DNA of 20,863 nt from Thermoanaerobaculia bacterium (GTDB lineage: Bacteria > Acidobacteriota > Thermoanaerobaculia > UBA5066), in assembly GCA_963816185.1 (NCBI GenBank), contig CAWFJJ010000002.1, positions 1-20,863 of the forward strand, given 5' to 3'. The translations under genes and the position numbers were made by a program. Below the pieces are notes generated by a model. That model was not told the origin of the DNA. It did not search any database and saw nothing but the letters and a program-made list of their open reading frames with translations. This document shows positions 1 to 7,613 of the stretch, in pieces; the stretch's first letter is position 1, and every line of letters starts with the position of its first letter.

Positions 1-191
1 ACCAGCAGGAGTACGAGTGCTCGTTCTCGGACACGATCGACCAGTACTTCAGGACCGTCGACGTCGAGAAAGCGTTCTCGGACGACGTCATGCCGCTGTT
101 CCCGGATGCGCCGCCCATCGAGCCGCTGTCACTCCCCTCAGGCGACGTCTTCCTCGACGACATCGAACCGATCACCGAGTCCGAGCAGTGA
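1..191 (+). CDS. C-terminal end of a terminase large subunit ATPase-domain protein (partial, runs off the left edge)
   Basis: Frame 3 reads QQEYECSFSDTIDQYF...ESEQ* (TGA 189-191). QEYxCxF is the motif that closes the TerL ATPase domain before the nuclease linker. The stop overlaps the next GTG (GTGA). Not in the ORF track. Confidence 0.7.
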   Translation, partial: QQEYECSFSDTIDQYFRTVDVEKAFSDDVMPLFPDAPPIEPLSLPSGDVFLDDIEPITESEQ

Positions 192-799
192 GGTACGTCG
201 TCGGTGTCGACCTCGGTCAGACGGCGGACTACACGGCCATCACGATTCTCGAGGAGAGAGAGGAGAACTCCTACGACGTCCGCTACCTCGAGCGCCTCAG
301 GAATACGCCTTATCCACCGATCGTCAGAAGGCTCGACCACCTCGTGAAGAGGCTCCCCGAGAAGCCCTCGATGGCCGTGGACGCGACCGGCGTCGGCAGG
401 CCGGTCATCGACATGATCCGCGACGCCAACCTCCCCGCGACCATCTACCCGATCACGCTCACGGGCGGAGACGCGGTCACTCGGGACGGGATGGAGCGAC
501 ACGTGCCGAAGAGGGACGTGGCCTCGACGATCGCCGTGCTCCTCCAGACCGGACGGCTGCGGATCGCCCGCGGCCTTAGGGAGTCCGAGACCCTTCTCCG
601 CGAGCTCCTGAACTTCCGCGTGAAGATCTCCCTTTCCGGTCACGACACGTACGAGGCCTGGAGGGAGCAGGAGCACGACGACCTGGTCCTCGCGGTCGGG
701 CTCGCGGCGTGGCTGTTCGAGAAGGGGCGGGACGGGTACCTCCTGTACATGGAGGAAGAGCTTAAGAAGTTCAGAGAAAGGAAGGAGAGGGCCGGTTGA
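188..799 (+). CDS. Terminase RNase H-like nuclease domain, stand-alone copy 1
   Basis: From GTG188: VRYVVGVDLGQTADYTA...VDATGVG...HDDLVLAVGLA, the three acidic motifs of the TerL nuclease. The ORF-track start at 17 is probably too early. Confidence 0.8.
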   Translation: MRYVVGVDLGQTADYTAITILEEREENSYDVRYLERLRNTPYPPIVRRLDHLVKRLPEKPSMAVDATGVGRPVIDMIRDANLPATIYPITLTGGDAVTRDGMERHVPKRDVASTIAVLLQTGRLRIARGLRESETLLRELLNFRVKISLSGHDTYEAWREQEHDDLVLAVGLAAWLFEKGRDGYLLYMEEELKKFRERKERAG

Positions 800-1491
800 G
801 CTTCGTCATCGGCGTCGAGCTGGGCCAAGTATCGGACGTCACGGCGATCGCGGTGGTCCAGGCGCTGACCCTGAAGTTCCTCAGGAGCGAGACGGTCCGA
901 GAGGGTCGTATGGCGACGATTCGCCCGGTCTACGAGGGCCCTGATGGCCGGGAGGTACGGGAGCACCCACCCGTCAACTTCGCCCTGCGACACCTCGAGC
1001 GCTTTCCGGTGGGCTCGTCCTACACCGAGATCCGCGACAGAGTGGAGGCGCTCGCGCCGAGCCTCTCAGGCCCAGCGGTGGTTCTGGATGCGACGGGCGT
1101 GGGAACGGCCGCCCTGAACCTGTTTCGCGACTCCGGCCTCTACGTCTCGACCGTGACGCTCGTCGCCGGCGATCAGGCGGCGCAGGACGGGTCCGACTAC
1201 CGGGTCCCGAAGAAGGACCTCGTCTCCGTGACGCAAGTGCTCCTTCAGGAAGGGCGACTGAAGATCGCCAGGACGTTGCCTCACGCTCAGCTTCTAGCCC
1301 GCGAGCTCATGAACTTCCGCTCGAGGGTGAGGGCCCAGACCGTCGAGTCGCAGCTGGACTGGCGCGGAGGGCCCGACGACGACCTCGTCCTGGCGCTCGC
1401 CATCGCCTCGTGGCGAGCAGAGCGGGATCCGGGTCTCGGCTTCTCGTGCAGCTACGGAGTCTCGGAGCTGGATGGGTGGAGCGGGTTCTAG
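796..1491 (+). CDS. Terminase RNase H-like nuclease domain, stand-alone copy 2 (paralogue, first Asp replaced by Glu)
   Basis: GVELGQVSDVTA...LDATGVG...VPKKDLVS...LMNFR...DDDLVLALA aligns along its length with copy 1. TTG start overlaps the previous stop (TTGA), with AAGGAG upstream. Confidence 0.8.
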   Translation: MSFVIGVELGQVSDVTAIAVVQALTLKFLRSETVREGRMATIRPVYEGPDGREVREHPPVNFALRHLERFPVGSSYTEIRDRVEALAPSLSGPAVVLDATGVGTAALNLFRDSGLYVSTVTLVAGDQAAQDGSDYRVPKKDLVSVTQVLLQEGRLKIARTLPHAQLLARELMNFRSRVRAQTVESQLDWRGGPDDDLVLALAIASWRAERDPGLGFSCSYGVSELDGWSGF

Positions 1492-1520
1492 CCTGGTGTT
1501 CGACGAACCCTTAACTCAGG

Positions 1521-1554
1521 AACCCGGAAAACCCGGAGAAGGCTTTTCCGGGTT
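1521..1554. terminator. Stem-loop between convergent genes, possible bidirectional terminator
   Basis: AACCCGGAAAA (1521-1531) is complementary to TTTTCCGGGTT (1544-1554). There is no long U tail. Confidence 0.45.
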
Positions 1555-1622
1555 GAGGCCACCGCCGCTCCTTCCGCCACGGTGCAGCGGCCAGCGCGTT
1601 CACCGAGATGTCGCTTAGGAGG

Positions 1623-1946
1623 TCAGGCGGGAGGGCCGGAAGACGTGGCCTTCGCGGCGGGCTCCTCGGGCGGGCCGGTCATGTCGCGCAGCTGCTTGCC
1701 AGGCTTGAACCGGATCGTGAAGCCGGGTGGAATCTGCACTTGCTCGGCGGGGCGTTTCGGGTTGCGGCCGACGCCGCTTTTCTTGGGCCTCACGAGGAAC
1801 ACGCCGAAGCCGCGCAGCTCGATGCGATCGCCGCGTGCTAAAGCCTGGCGCAGCACGTCAATGATCGTGTCGACGGCTTGCGTCGCCTTCTGGCGCTCCA
1901 GGCCGGCCGCTTCCGCGACCGTGTGGACGAGGTCGTTCTTGATCAC
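1623..1946 (-). CDS. HU/IHF family DNA-binding protein
   Basis: From GTG1946: MIKNDLVHTVAEAAGL...IELRGFGVFLVRPKKSGVGRNPK...IRFKPGKQLR, the HU/IHF signature. Confidence 0.93.
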   Translation of the reverse strand: MIKNDLVHTVAEAAGLERQKATQAVDTIIDVLRQALARGDRIELRGFGVFLVRPKKSGVGRNPKRPAEQVQIPPGFTIRFKPGKQLRDMTGPPEEPAAKATSSGPPA

Positions 1947-2522
1947 GTGGGGAGAGTCTATGCGTCCCCCCGTCGTCGGGGGAACGTCCGTTTTGATCCG
2001 GAAACCCGTTAGCTTCCGCTCCAAAATGACTCCAAAACGGACGGCAACCGCCATCTAACGACGCGAAAGGGCGCGGCAACGAACTTCGTTCTGGCGCTCA
2101 CGACCAACTCGTGCAAGGCGAAACGCAGGTCCGGGACGGCGTCGAGTTCGCGCATGGCGTTTCGGCGACAGCGAAGCTGCGGGCCCCTCTAGCACTGGGC
2201 CGGAGGCGCGAAAACGGGCGGGACGCGCGACGGCCGGAGATCGGCACGCCGCCCGCAAAGGCGCGCTCCTCGCGCGACGTTGGGCCACGTGGCGCGAAAG
2301 GCACAGGAGGAGTTTATTGGGGCGCGGTATTTATTGGGGTCGCCGTACGGGGCGACAGCGCGCCGTCCGTCGAATCATCACCGTCCCACTAAGTGCTCAC
2401 ATTTCAATCGCTTACGTCGCGGTGGCCAAGGCTGGAAAGAACTGATCACTGGGAATCAGAACGCCAACACTGACCCCCTAGAGGTCCCCAATAAACTGAT
2501 TACGCCAACTAATTCCGGGTGC

Positions 2523-2565
2523 CAATCGGGTCGAATTCCGACTTGCGCCCGACCCCATAATCTGG
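2523..2565. promoter_or_regulatory. 43-bp regulatory/promoter-like module, copy 1
   Basis: 35/43 identical to 12363-12405; contains AATTCCGAC and a -10-like CATAAT. Confidence 0.5.
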
Positions 2566-2623
2566 CTCGAGATCCGGCTTCTGCGATCGGCTCCTATACC
2601 TTTGACGGTGGCGTCGATGCGGC

Positions 2624-2666
2624 CTGACGTATTCCCGTCAGTCTGACAAATGACCCGTTATCGGAC
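2624..2666. other. Candidate site-specific recombination site (res-like or dif-like)
   Basis: CTGACG-N6-CGTCAG (2624-2641) runs into GTCTGACAA-N8-TTATCGGAC (2641-2666), an imperfect palindrome with a GTCCGATAA arm. Confidence 0.4.
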
Positions 2667-2770
2667 CGTGTGCACAAAAACGGGCGCAAGTGGCAATTCG
2701 ATTTTCCACCGTCAGCCTCTCGCCGAAAGGCTCCGCCGAGCATCCGCAAGGTCCGGGCGACGACGCTGTT

Positions 2771-2798
2771 TTGAGTGAGAAGTGGCCATCCCTATAAT
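2771..2798 (+). promoter_or_regulatory. sigma70-type promoter
   Basis: TTGAGT-N16-TATAAT; a perfect -10 in GC-rich DNA. Confidence 0.55.
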
Positions 2799-2875
2799 CG
2801 CCGCCAGCCTCGGGGTCCGAAAAGACCTACCAGCGCAAGGAAGAATCGGGTGAAGGAAGTGCGTCTCGGTCCTAG

Positions 2876-3127
2876 CGGGAGGCGGCGAAACAGAGCCTCG
2901 CCGCCGTGGCGCCGCCGGCCTCCTGCGCGGCCCACCATCGCGAGAGCCTTGCGAGTCTCGACGACGCGATGGAGGTGCTCCGTTCCCTGAAGACGGCGAT
3001 GGAATCGTCCGAGCCCGCCACCCAGCTCGCGAGCGTCTCCGCCGGGGCCGCCGCTCTGCGTTCGCGCGCCGACGCCCTCCAGAGGGAAGAGCTGGCCCTC
3101 CGCGAACGCTACGGCCTGAAGCACTGA
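2876..3127 (+). pseudogene. 3' remnant of a helical hypothetical protein gene, apparently 5'-truncated
   Basis: Open frame REAAKQSLAAVAPPASCAAHH...RERYGLKH* with host-like GC-rich codons. It begins right after an in-frame TAG (2873-2875) with no convincing start. Confidence 0.5.
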
Positions 3128-3167
3128 CTCCGGCGACACACGCGCGTCATAAACTCTGCCGACCCTC

Positions 3168-5576
3168 ATGACGACAAACGACGCAGGCGGCCTGCCGCCC
3201 GACGGAGACCTGACTCTCGATCGGGACCCGTCGCGCCCGCGCGCGGCCGCGGCTCATGCGGCGCTTCCGGGCGAGATCGGCGGCTTCCGCATCGTCGGCT
3301 TGCTCGGCGAGGGCGGGATGGGCATCGTCTACGAGGCCGAGCAGCGGAACCCGCAGCGGAGGGTCGCCCTCAAGATCGTGCGCGGCGGGCACTTCGTCGA
3401 CGACCAGTACCTCCGGATGTTCCGGCGGGAAACCGAGACGCTGGCGAGGCTCACGCACCCGAACATCGCAGCCCTCTACGAGGCGGGGCGCACGGACGAC
3501 GGCCAGCACTTCTTCACGATGGAGCTGGTTCTCGGCGAGACGCTCGCGGCGTGGGCGCGGCAACACCTCGGCGGCGACCGGCCGAGCGCGGCGCAGATCA
3601 AGGAGCGCCTGCGCCACTTCGTCACGATCTGCCAGGCCGTCAACTACGCGCACCAGCGCGGCGTCATCCACCGCGACCTGAAGCCCTCGAACATCGTCGT
3701 CACGGATGCCGGCGCCAAGATCCTCGACTTCGGCCTCGCGCGCATTACGGACGCGGACGTAGCGGCGGCCACGGTGATGAGCGAGGTCGGCGCGATCCAG
3801 GGGACGCTCCCGTACATGAGCCCCGAGCAGGCGCGCGGCGACAGCCGCGACATCGATCTCCGAACCGACGTCTACTCGCTCGGAGTCGTCCTCTACGAGC
3901 TCCTCTCCGGAAAGCTGCCGTACAACACGCGCGGCATGTCGGTCGTGCAGGCGATCCGCAACATCTGCGAGGAGCCGCCGAAGCCGCTGGACCTCGATGC
4001 CGACCTTTCGACGATCGTCATGAAGGCCCTCGAGAAGGAGCCGGACGGCCGCTACCAGAGCGCCTCGGCCCTCGCCGAGGACGTCGGGCGGTACCTCCAG
4101 AACCAGCCGATCCTCGCGCACCCGCCGAGCACGATGTATCACCTGAAGAAGCTCGTCGCGCGGCACCGCGGCATGGTGGCGGCCGCGGGCGTGATCGCGG
4201 CGCTCCTCGTGGCGCTCGGGGCGACGATGGTCGTGCAGGCGGGACGCGTGCGGAAAGAGCGCGACCGGGCGACGGCCGAGGCCGCCAAGGCGAGCGCGAT
4301 CAACTCGTTCCTCCTCGATGCGCTCGGCGCGGCCGATCCGTGGTCGAAGGGCTCGCGCAACGTGTCGCTGCTGGACGCGCTGCGCCAGGCGCAGGACAAG
4401 GCCCAGACGTCATTCGCGAACGAGCCTCTCGTCGAGGCGTCGGTGCTCCAGACAATCGGGACGACGTTCTCGAACCTCGCGGAGTTCCCCGAGGCGGAAA
4501 AGGCCCTGAAGGCGGCGCTCGACCTGCGCGTGAAATCTGCGGGGCCGAAGAGCGCCGAGGCCGGCGAATCGCACGCGGCGCTTTCGGGCATGTACTCGCT
4601 CTGGCGGAAGTTCGACGACGCGGAGACGCATGCCCGCGAGTCGCTCGACATCACACGCGAGCGCCACGGGGCCGCGAGCCTCGACGCCGCCGCGGCGATG
4701 AACGAACTCGGGATGGCGCTTGTCGGAAAGACGAAGGTCGGGGAGGCGAAGGCCATCGGCGGAGTGATGATGAAGATCGTGACGAGCCGCGGCGCGCCGG
4801 AGCCCGGAAGGCCCGATCCGGCGAAGGTCGAGGTAGACGCGCTCCTCATCCTCTTCCAGGCCGCGCTCGCCGAGGAGGACTATAAGACTGCCCTCGCGCT
4901 CGCCCGCCAGCGGCTGGCGATCTCGAAGAAGAGAGTCGGAGACCGCCACCCGGAATTCGCACAGGCCCTGAACGACGTCGCCCTGGGCCAGATGTATACG
5001 GGCGATCTCGCCGGCGCCGAGCGCACGTATCTCGAGGTCATCGACCTGGACATCGCGCTCTTCGGCGAGAACCACCCGGAGGTCGCGTCTGCGCGCGAAA
5101 ACCTCGGGAACGTCTATTTCCGCGGCGGCCAGCTGGACAAGACCGCGAAGAACCTCGAGGTCGTCCTCGCGATGCGAAGGAAGGCGCTCGGCGACGACTC
5201 GGAGCCCGTGGCGCAAACGATGGCGAACATGGCCACGGTCTACTGGAAAGCCGGAAACGACGAGGCGGCCGTGAAGAATTACCGCGAAGCGATCGATCGT
5301 CTCTCGCAGAAGCTCGGGCCCGAGCATCTCTACGTCGGGAGGCTCCTCGGGGGCATGGGTGACTCGCTCCGGAAGCTCGGGAAGTACCCGGAGAGCGAGG
5401 CCGCGCTCGAGCGCTCGCTCGACATCCAGGTGAAGGCGGTCGGCGAGGACAACGTGGCGACGCAGAGGACGATCAGGTCGCTCGCTGCGCTCTACACCGA
5501 CTGGAAGAAACCCGCGCAGGCGGCGGCGTATACGGCGAGGCTGAAGCGGGAAGCGAAGGGACCCGCGGCGAAGTAG
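3168..5576 (+). CDS. Serine/threonine protein kinase with a transmembrane segment and C-terminal TPR repeats
   Basis: LGEGGMGIVY, VALK, HRDLKPSN, DFG, GTLPYMSPEQ and DVYSLG motifs; hydrophobic segment near residues 335-355; TPR-like repeats (HPEVASARENLG). Confidence 0.95.
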   Translation: MTTNDAGGLPPDGDLTLDRDPSRPRAAAAHAALPGEIGGFRIVGLLGEGGMGIVYEAEQRNPQRRVALKIVRGGHFVDDQYLRMFRRETETLARLTHPNIAALYEAGRTDDGQHFFTMELVLGETLAAWARQHLGGDRPSAAQIKERLRHFVTICQAVNYAHQRGVIHRDLKPSNIVVTDAGAKILDFGLARITDADVAAATVMSEVGAIQGTLPYMSPEQARGDSRDIDLRTDVYSLGVVLYELLSGKLPYNTRGMSVVQAIRNICEEPPKPLDLDADLSTIVMKALEKEPDGRYQSASALAEDVGRYLQNQPILAHPPSTMYHLKKLVARHRGMVAAAGVIAALLVALGATMVVQAGRVRKERDRATAEAAKASAINSFLLDALGAADPWSKGSRNVSLLDALRQAQDKAQTSFANEPLVEASVLQTIGTTFSNLAEFPEAEKALKAALDLRVKSAGPKSAEAGESHAALSGMYSLWRKFDDAETHARESLDITRERHGAASLDAAAAMNELGMALVGKTKVGEAKAIGGVMMKIVTSRGAPEPGRPDPAKVEVDALLILFQAALAEEDYKTALALARQRLAISKKRVGDRHPEFAQALNDVALGQMYTGDLAGAERTYLEVIDLDIALFGENHPEVASARENLGNVYFRGGQLDKTAKNLEVVLAMRRKALGDDSEPVAQTMANMATVYWKAGNDEAAVKNYREAIDRLSQKLGPEHLYVGRLLGGMGDSLRKLGKYPESEAALERSLDIQVKAVGEDNVATQRTIRSLAALYTDWKKPAQAAAYTARLKREAKGPAAK

Positions 5577-5630
5577 GGGGACACGCTCACTAGCCGCCGG
5601 GACAAGCGTCCGGAGCGCGCGTTGACGCCG

Positions 5631-6077
5631 TCACCGTGAAGCCCTCCGAAGTACGTAGGTTCGAAAAACCTTATCGTGCCAGGCCTGCTTCTCGCCGTCC
5701 CAGATGACCCAGAGGAAACCAAGGTAAAGAAGCGGTCCAGAAACGAACGCCGCGAAGAGATTGCGGCCGAGTGAGCGCCAGAAGCCGATTGGGCCGCCCT
5801 CGATGCTGACGACCTTCAGACCGACGACCCTTCGACCCCACGACTGGCCTGTCGTACCGACGAGGAATGTGAAGTTCCAGAGAAACCACGCCCACACAAA
5901 TATGTTGACGGCGCTAAGTGACGGCTGTTTATTGAAGAACCCGCCTTGATTGCCGAGCATCGAGCGATCGATAACGAAGTAAGCCACGAAGGCGAGCGCC
6001 ATGAGGATTACGCCGTCACAAAAGTCCGCGACCCAGCGATCCACGAACCCCGCAAACTCCCACTGCTCCTCAGACAT
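5631..6077 (-). CDS. RDD family membrane protein (integron cassette 4)
   Basis: AGFVDRWVADFCD...GQSWGRRVVGLKVV...KQAWHDKVFRTYV matches the RDD pattern; preceded on the minus strand by GTTAGAC. Confidence 0.9.
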   Translation of the reverse strand: MSEEQWEFAGFVDRWVADFCDGVILMALAFVAYFVIDRSMLGNQGGFFNKQPSLSAVNIFVWAWFLWNFTFLVGTTGQSWGRRVVGLKVVSIEGGPIGFWRSLGRNLFAAFVSGPLLYLGFLWVIWDGEKQAWHDKVFRTYVLRRASR

Positions 6078-6087
6078 CGGTTTACCA

Positions 6088-6103
6088 GCCGTCTAACGAT
6101 ATC
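6088..6103 (-). repeat. attC site, R' part (split by the IS110 element)
   Basis: GCCGTCTAACGATATC; joining 6095-6103 to 7544-7567 reproduces 10041-10073 exactly. Confidence 0.85.
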
Positions 6104-6221
6104 GTTTCAATGAAGAGGAGAAAAGGGCTGTCCTCGCCGACGTGGTCACCGAAGAATCGGGCCACAACGATTAACGGGGTCAACCTCCGAGGAGGTGCCC
6201 CAAGCAAGGGAGGACAGCCCG

Positions 6222-7325
6222 ATGAAATCTTATGTGGGACTGGACGTTCACAGCAAGTCGAGCGTTTTCATGATTCAGAACGAGCGGGGAGAGGAGCTGG
6301 GACGAGGCGAGGTGCCGACCTCTGTGGAAGGGTTTTCCTCGTTGCGGCTACGTTTCAAGCTTCGCGCCTCGACGCTGGTGGCTCTCGAATCGGGGACGAT
6401 GGCGTTTTTTGCGGCGCGAAAGCTTAGTGAGCTGGGGCTTTCACCCGTCGTGGTGGATGCGCGAGAGGTCAGGATCAAAGCCCATCGGCCCCGGCAGAAA
6501 AGCGACACGAGAGACGCCGTTGAACTGTGCGAAGGCCTGCGGCGTGGAATCTACCGGTCGATCGTGCATGTGCCGCCGGAGAAGATCGAGCACCTTAGAA
6601 ATACCCTCTCGAGGCGCCGCCATTTCGTGCGTCTCGGGACGGCGCAGATCAACGCGGCGAAAAAGATGCTCCGGAGCGCGGGGCTCTCCGAGCTCAGCCG
6701 CCAGCATCTCGGGACCCTTCGCGCGTGGCAGCGCCTTCTTGGGGCCCTGGTTCCACATCCGCAGGTAAGGAGCTACGTCGAGCTTCACCACCGCGCCTGG
6801 CAGAGTGCCCTCGAGCAGAAGAACGCGTGCGAGAAGAGCCTCGAAAGCCAGCACGCCGCCTTCGGCGAAGACCTCGAGAGACTCAAAACCGTTCCAGGAG
6901 TCGGGGAGATCGTGGCGCTGACGGCAATCGCTGTCTTCTCAGACGCCACGCGCTTTCCGACCGCCAAGCATGCGGCGAGCTACGCGGGGCTCGTCCCGCA
7001 AACCTACCAGTCGGGCGAAACGAACCGCCAGGGCCACATCACCAGGACGGGTTCGCCGGAGCTGCGGGCCATGCTCGTGCAGGCGGCTCACACGGCCAGG
7101 CGGCAAAGCAGCCCACTGAATCCGTTTCTGAGAACTCTCACGTTGCGCCTGGGGACACGCCGCGCTGTCACCGCCGTGGCGCATCGTCTCTGTCGGGTTC
7201 TTTACGCGATGCTTCGAGACAAGACGAGCTTTGATCGATCGATGCTGAAAGCCCACGAGCCGCGCACGGCGGTAAAGGATGCCCGGATCTATCGACTGAA
7301 ACCTCAAGCGGCAAAGAGCCGCTGA
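6222..7325 (+). CDS. IS110 family transposase/recombinase (DEDD RuvC-like plus Tnp domain)
   Basis: MKSYVGLDVH, VALESG, KSDTRDA, TVPGVG, ASYAGLVP..QSG (catalytic Ser), AVAHRL; GGGAGG upstream of ATG6222. Confidence 0.96.
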   Translation: MKSYVGLDVHSKSSVFMIQNERGEELGRGEVPTSVEGFSSLRLRFKLRASTLVALESGTMAFFAARKLSELGLSPVVVDAREVRIKAHRPRQKSDTRDAVELCEGLRRGIYRSIVHVPPEKIEHLRNTLSRRRHFVRLGTAQINAAKKMLRSAGLSELSRQHLGTLRAWQRLLGALVPHPQVRSYVELHHRAWQSALEQKNACEKSLESQHAAFGEDLERLKTVPGVGEIVALTAIAVFSDATRFPTAKHAASYAGLVPQTYQSGETNRQGHITRTGSPELRAMLVQAAHTARRQSSPLNPFLRTLTLRLGTRRAVTAVAHRLCRVLYAMLRDKTSFDRSMLKAHEPRTAVKDARIYRLKPQAAKSR

Positions 7326-7378
7326 AGACGAAGAAAGAAAAAGCACGCCGCAAATCTTGCCGAGAATCGGGTGGATGA

Positions 7379-7521
7379 CCCTGCTGCTGAGCATTGGGCC
7401 GCAGAGCCCGGGATATCGTTTGGGGCGCCATCCGCTGAAGTGATACGTGGGGCTCTGACCCCGAATGGACGAGTGGCCGGCTGTTTCGTGCGGCGCAAGC
7501 AAGACATTATTCAGCGAGGGG
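7379..7521 (+). ncRNA. Candidate bridge/seek RNA of the IS1111-type element
   Basis: Outer stem CCCTGCTGCTGA/TCAGCGAGGG. Inner stem CAGAGCCC (7402-7409)/GGGCTCTG (7450-7457) encloses GATATCGTT and CCGCTGA, which match the attC flanks. RNA ends are approximate. Confidence 0.72.
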
Positions 7522-7543
7522 CTTGACAGGAATCTTCATGGGC

Positions 7544-7593
7544 AAGCTCAGCGGCGAGCGTAGCGAGGCCGCTGCAGCGCGGTGGTGGGTGGC
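7544..7593 (-). repeat. attC site, remainder (R'' box degenerate)
   Basis: AAGCTCAGCGGCGAGCGTAGCGAGGCCGCTGCAGCGCGGTGGTGGGTGGC, homologous to the other attC copies. Confidence 0.8.
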
Positions 7594-7613
7594 GCTCCTC
7601 CTGGGACGCGGGA

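Larger units (their letters stand above)
6104..7543 (+). mobile_element. IS110-family, IS1111-group insertion sequence inserted in attC (~1440 bp)
   Basis: Boundaries come from attC reconstruction (one C is ambiguous). Subterminal inverted repeats ATGAAGA (6110) and TCTTCAT (7533-7539) lie 6-7 and 3-4 bp from the ends. No target duplication; long 3' non-coding region; TTGACA at 7523. Confidence 0.88.

Noticed and set aside
17-187. N-terminal extension of ORF 17..799
   Set aside because: Arg-rich off-frame shadow of the upstream terminase fragment; nuclease similarity starts at GTG188.
2050-2097. GCCATCTAAC as an attC R'' box
   Set aside because: No matching L boxes or GTTRRRY at a suitable distance.
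3147-5327. Long overlapping ORFs (3147..4166, 3551..4885, 4410..5327 and similar ones elsewhere)
   Set aside because: Shadow frames typical of high-GC coding DNA, with no motifs.
7509-7516. Alternative IS110 right end at ...CATTA-TT-CAGCG with a TT core
   Set aside because: It would also fit the guide segments, but the 7543 end restores the attC exactly and includes the subterminal repeat and TTGACA.
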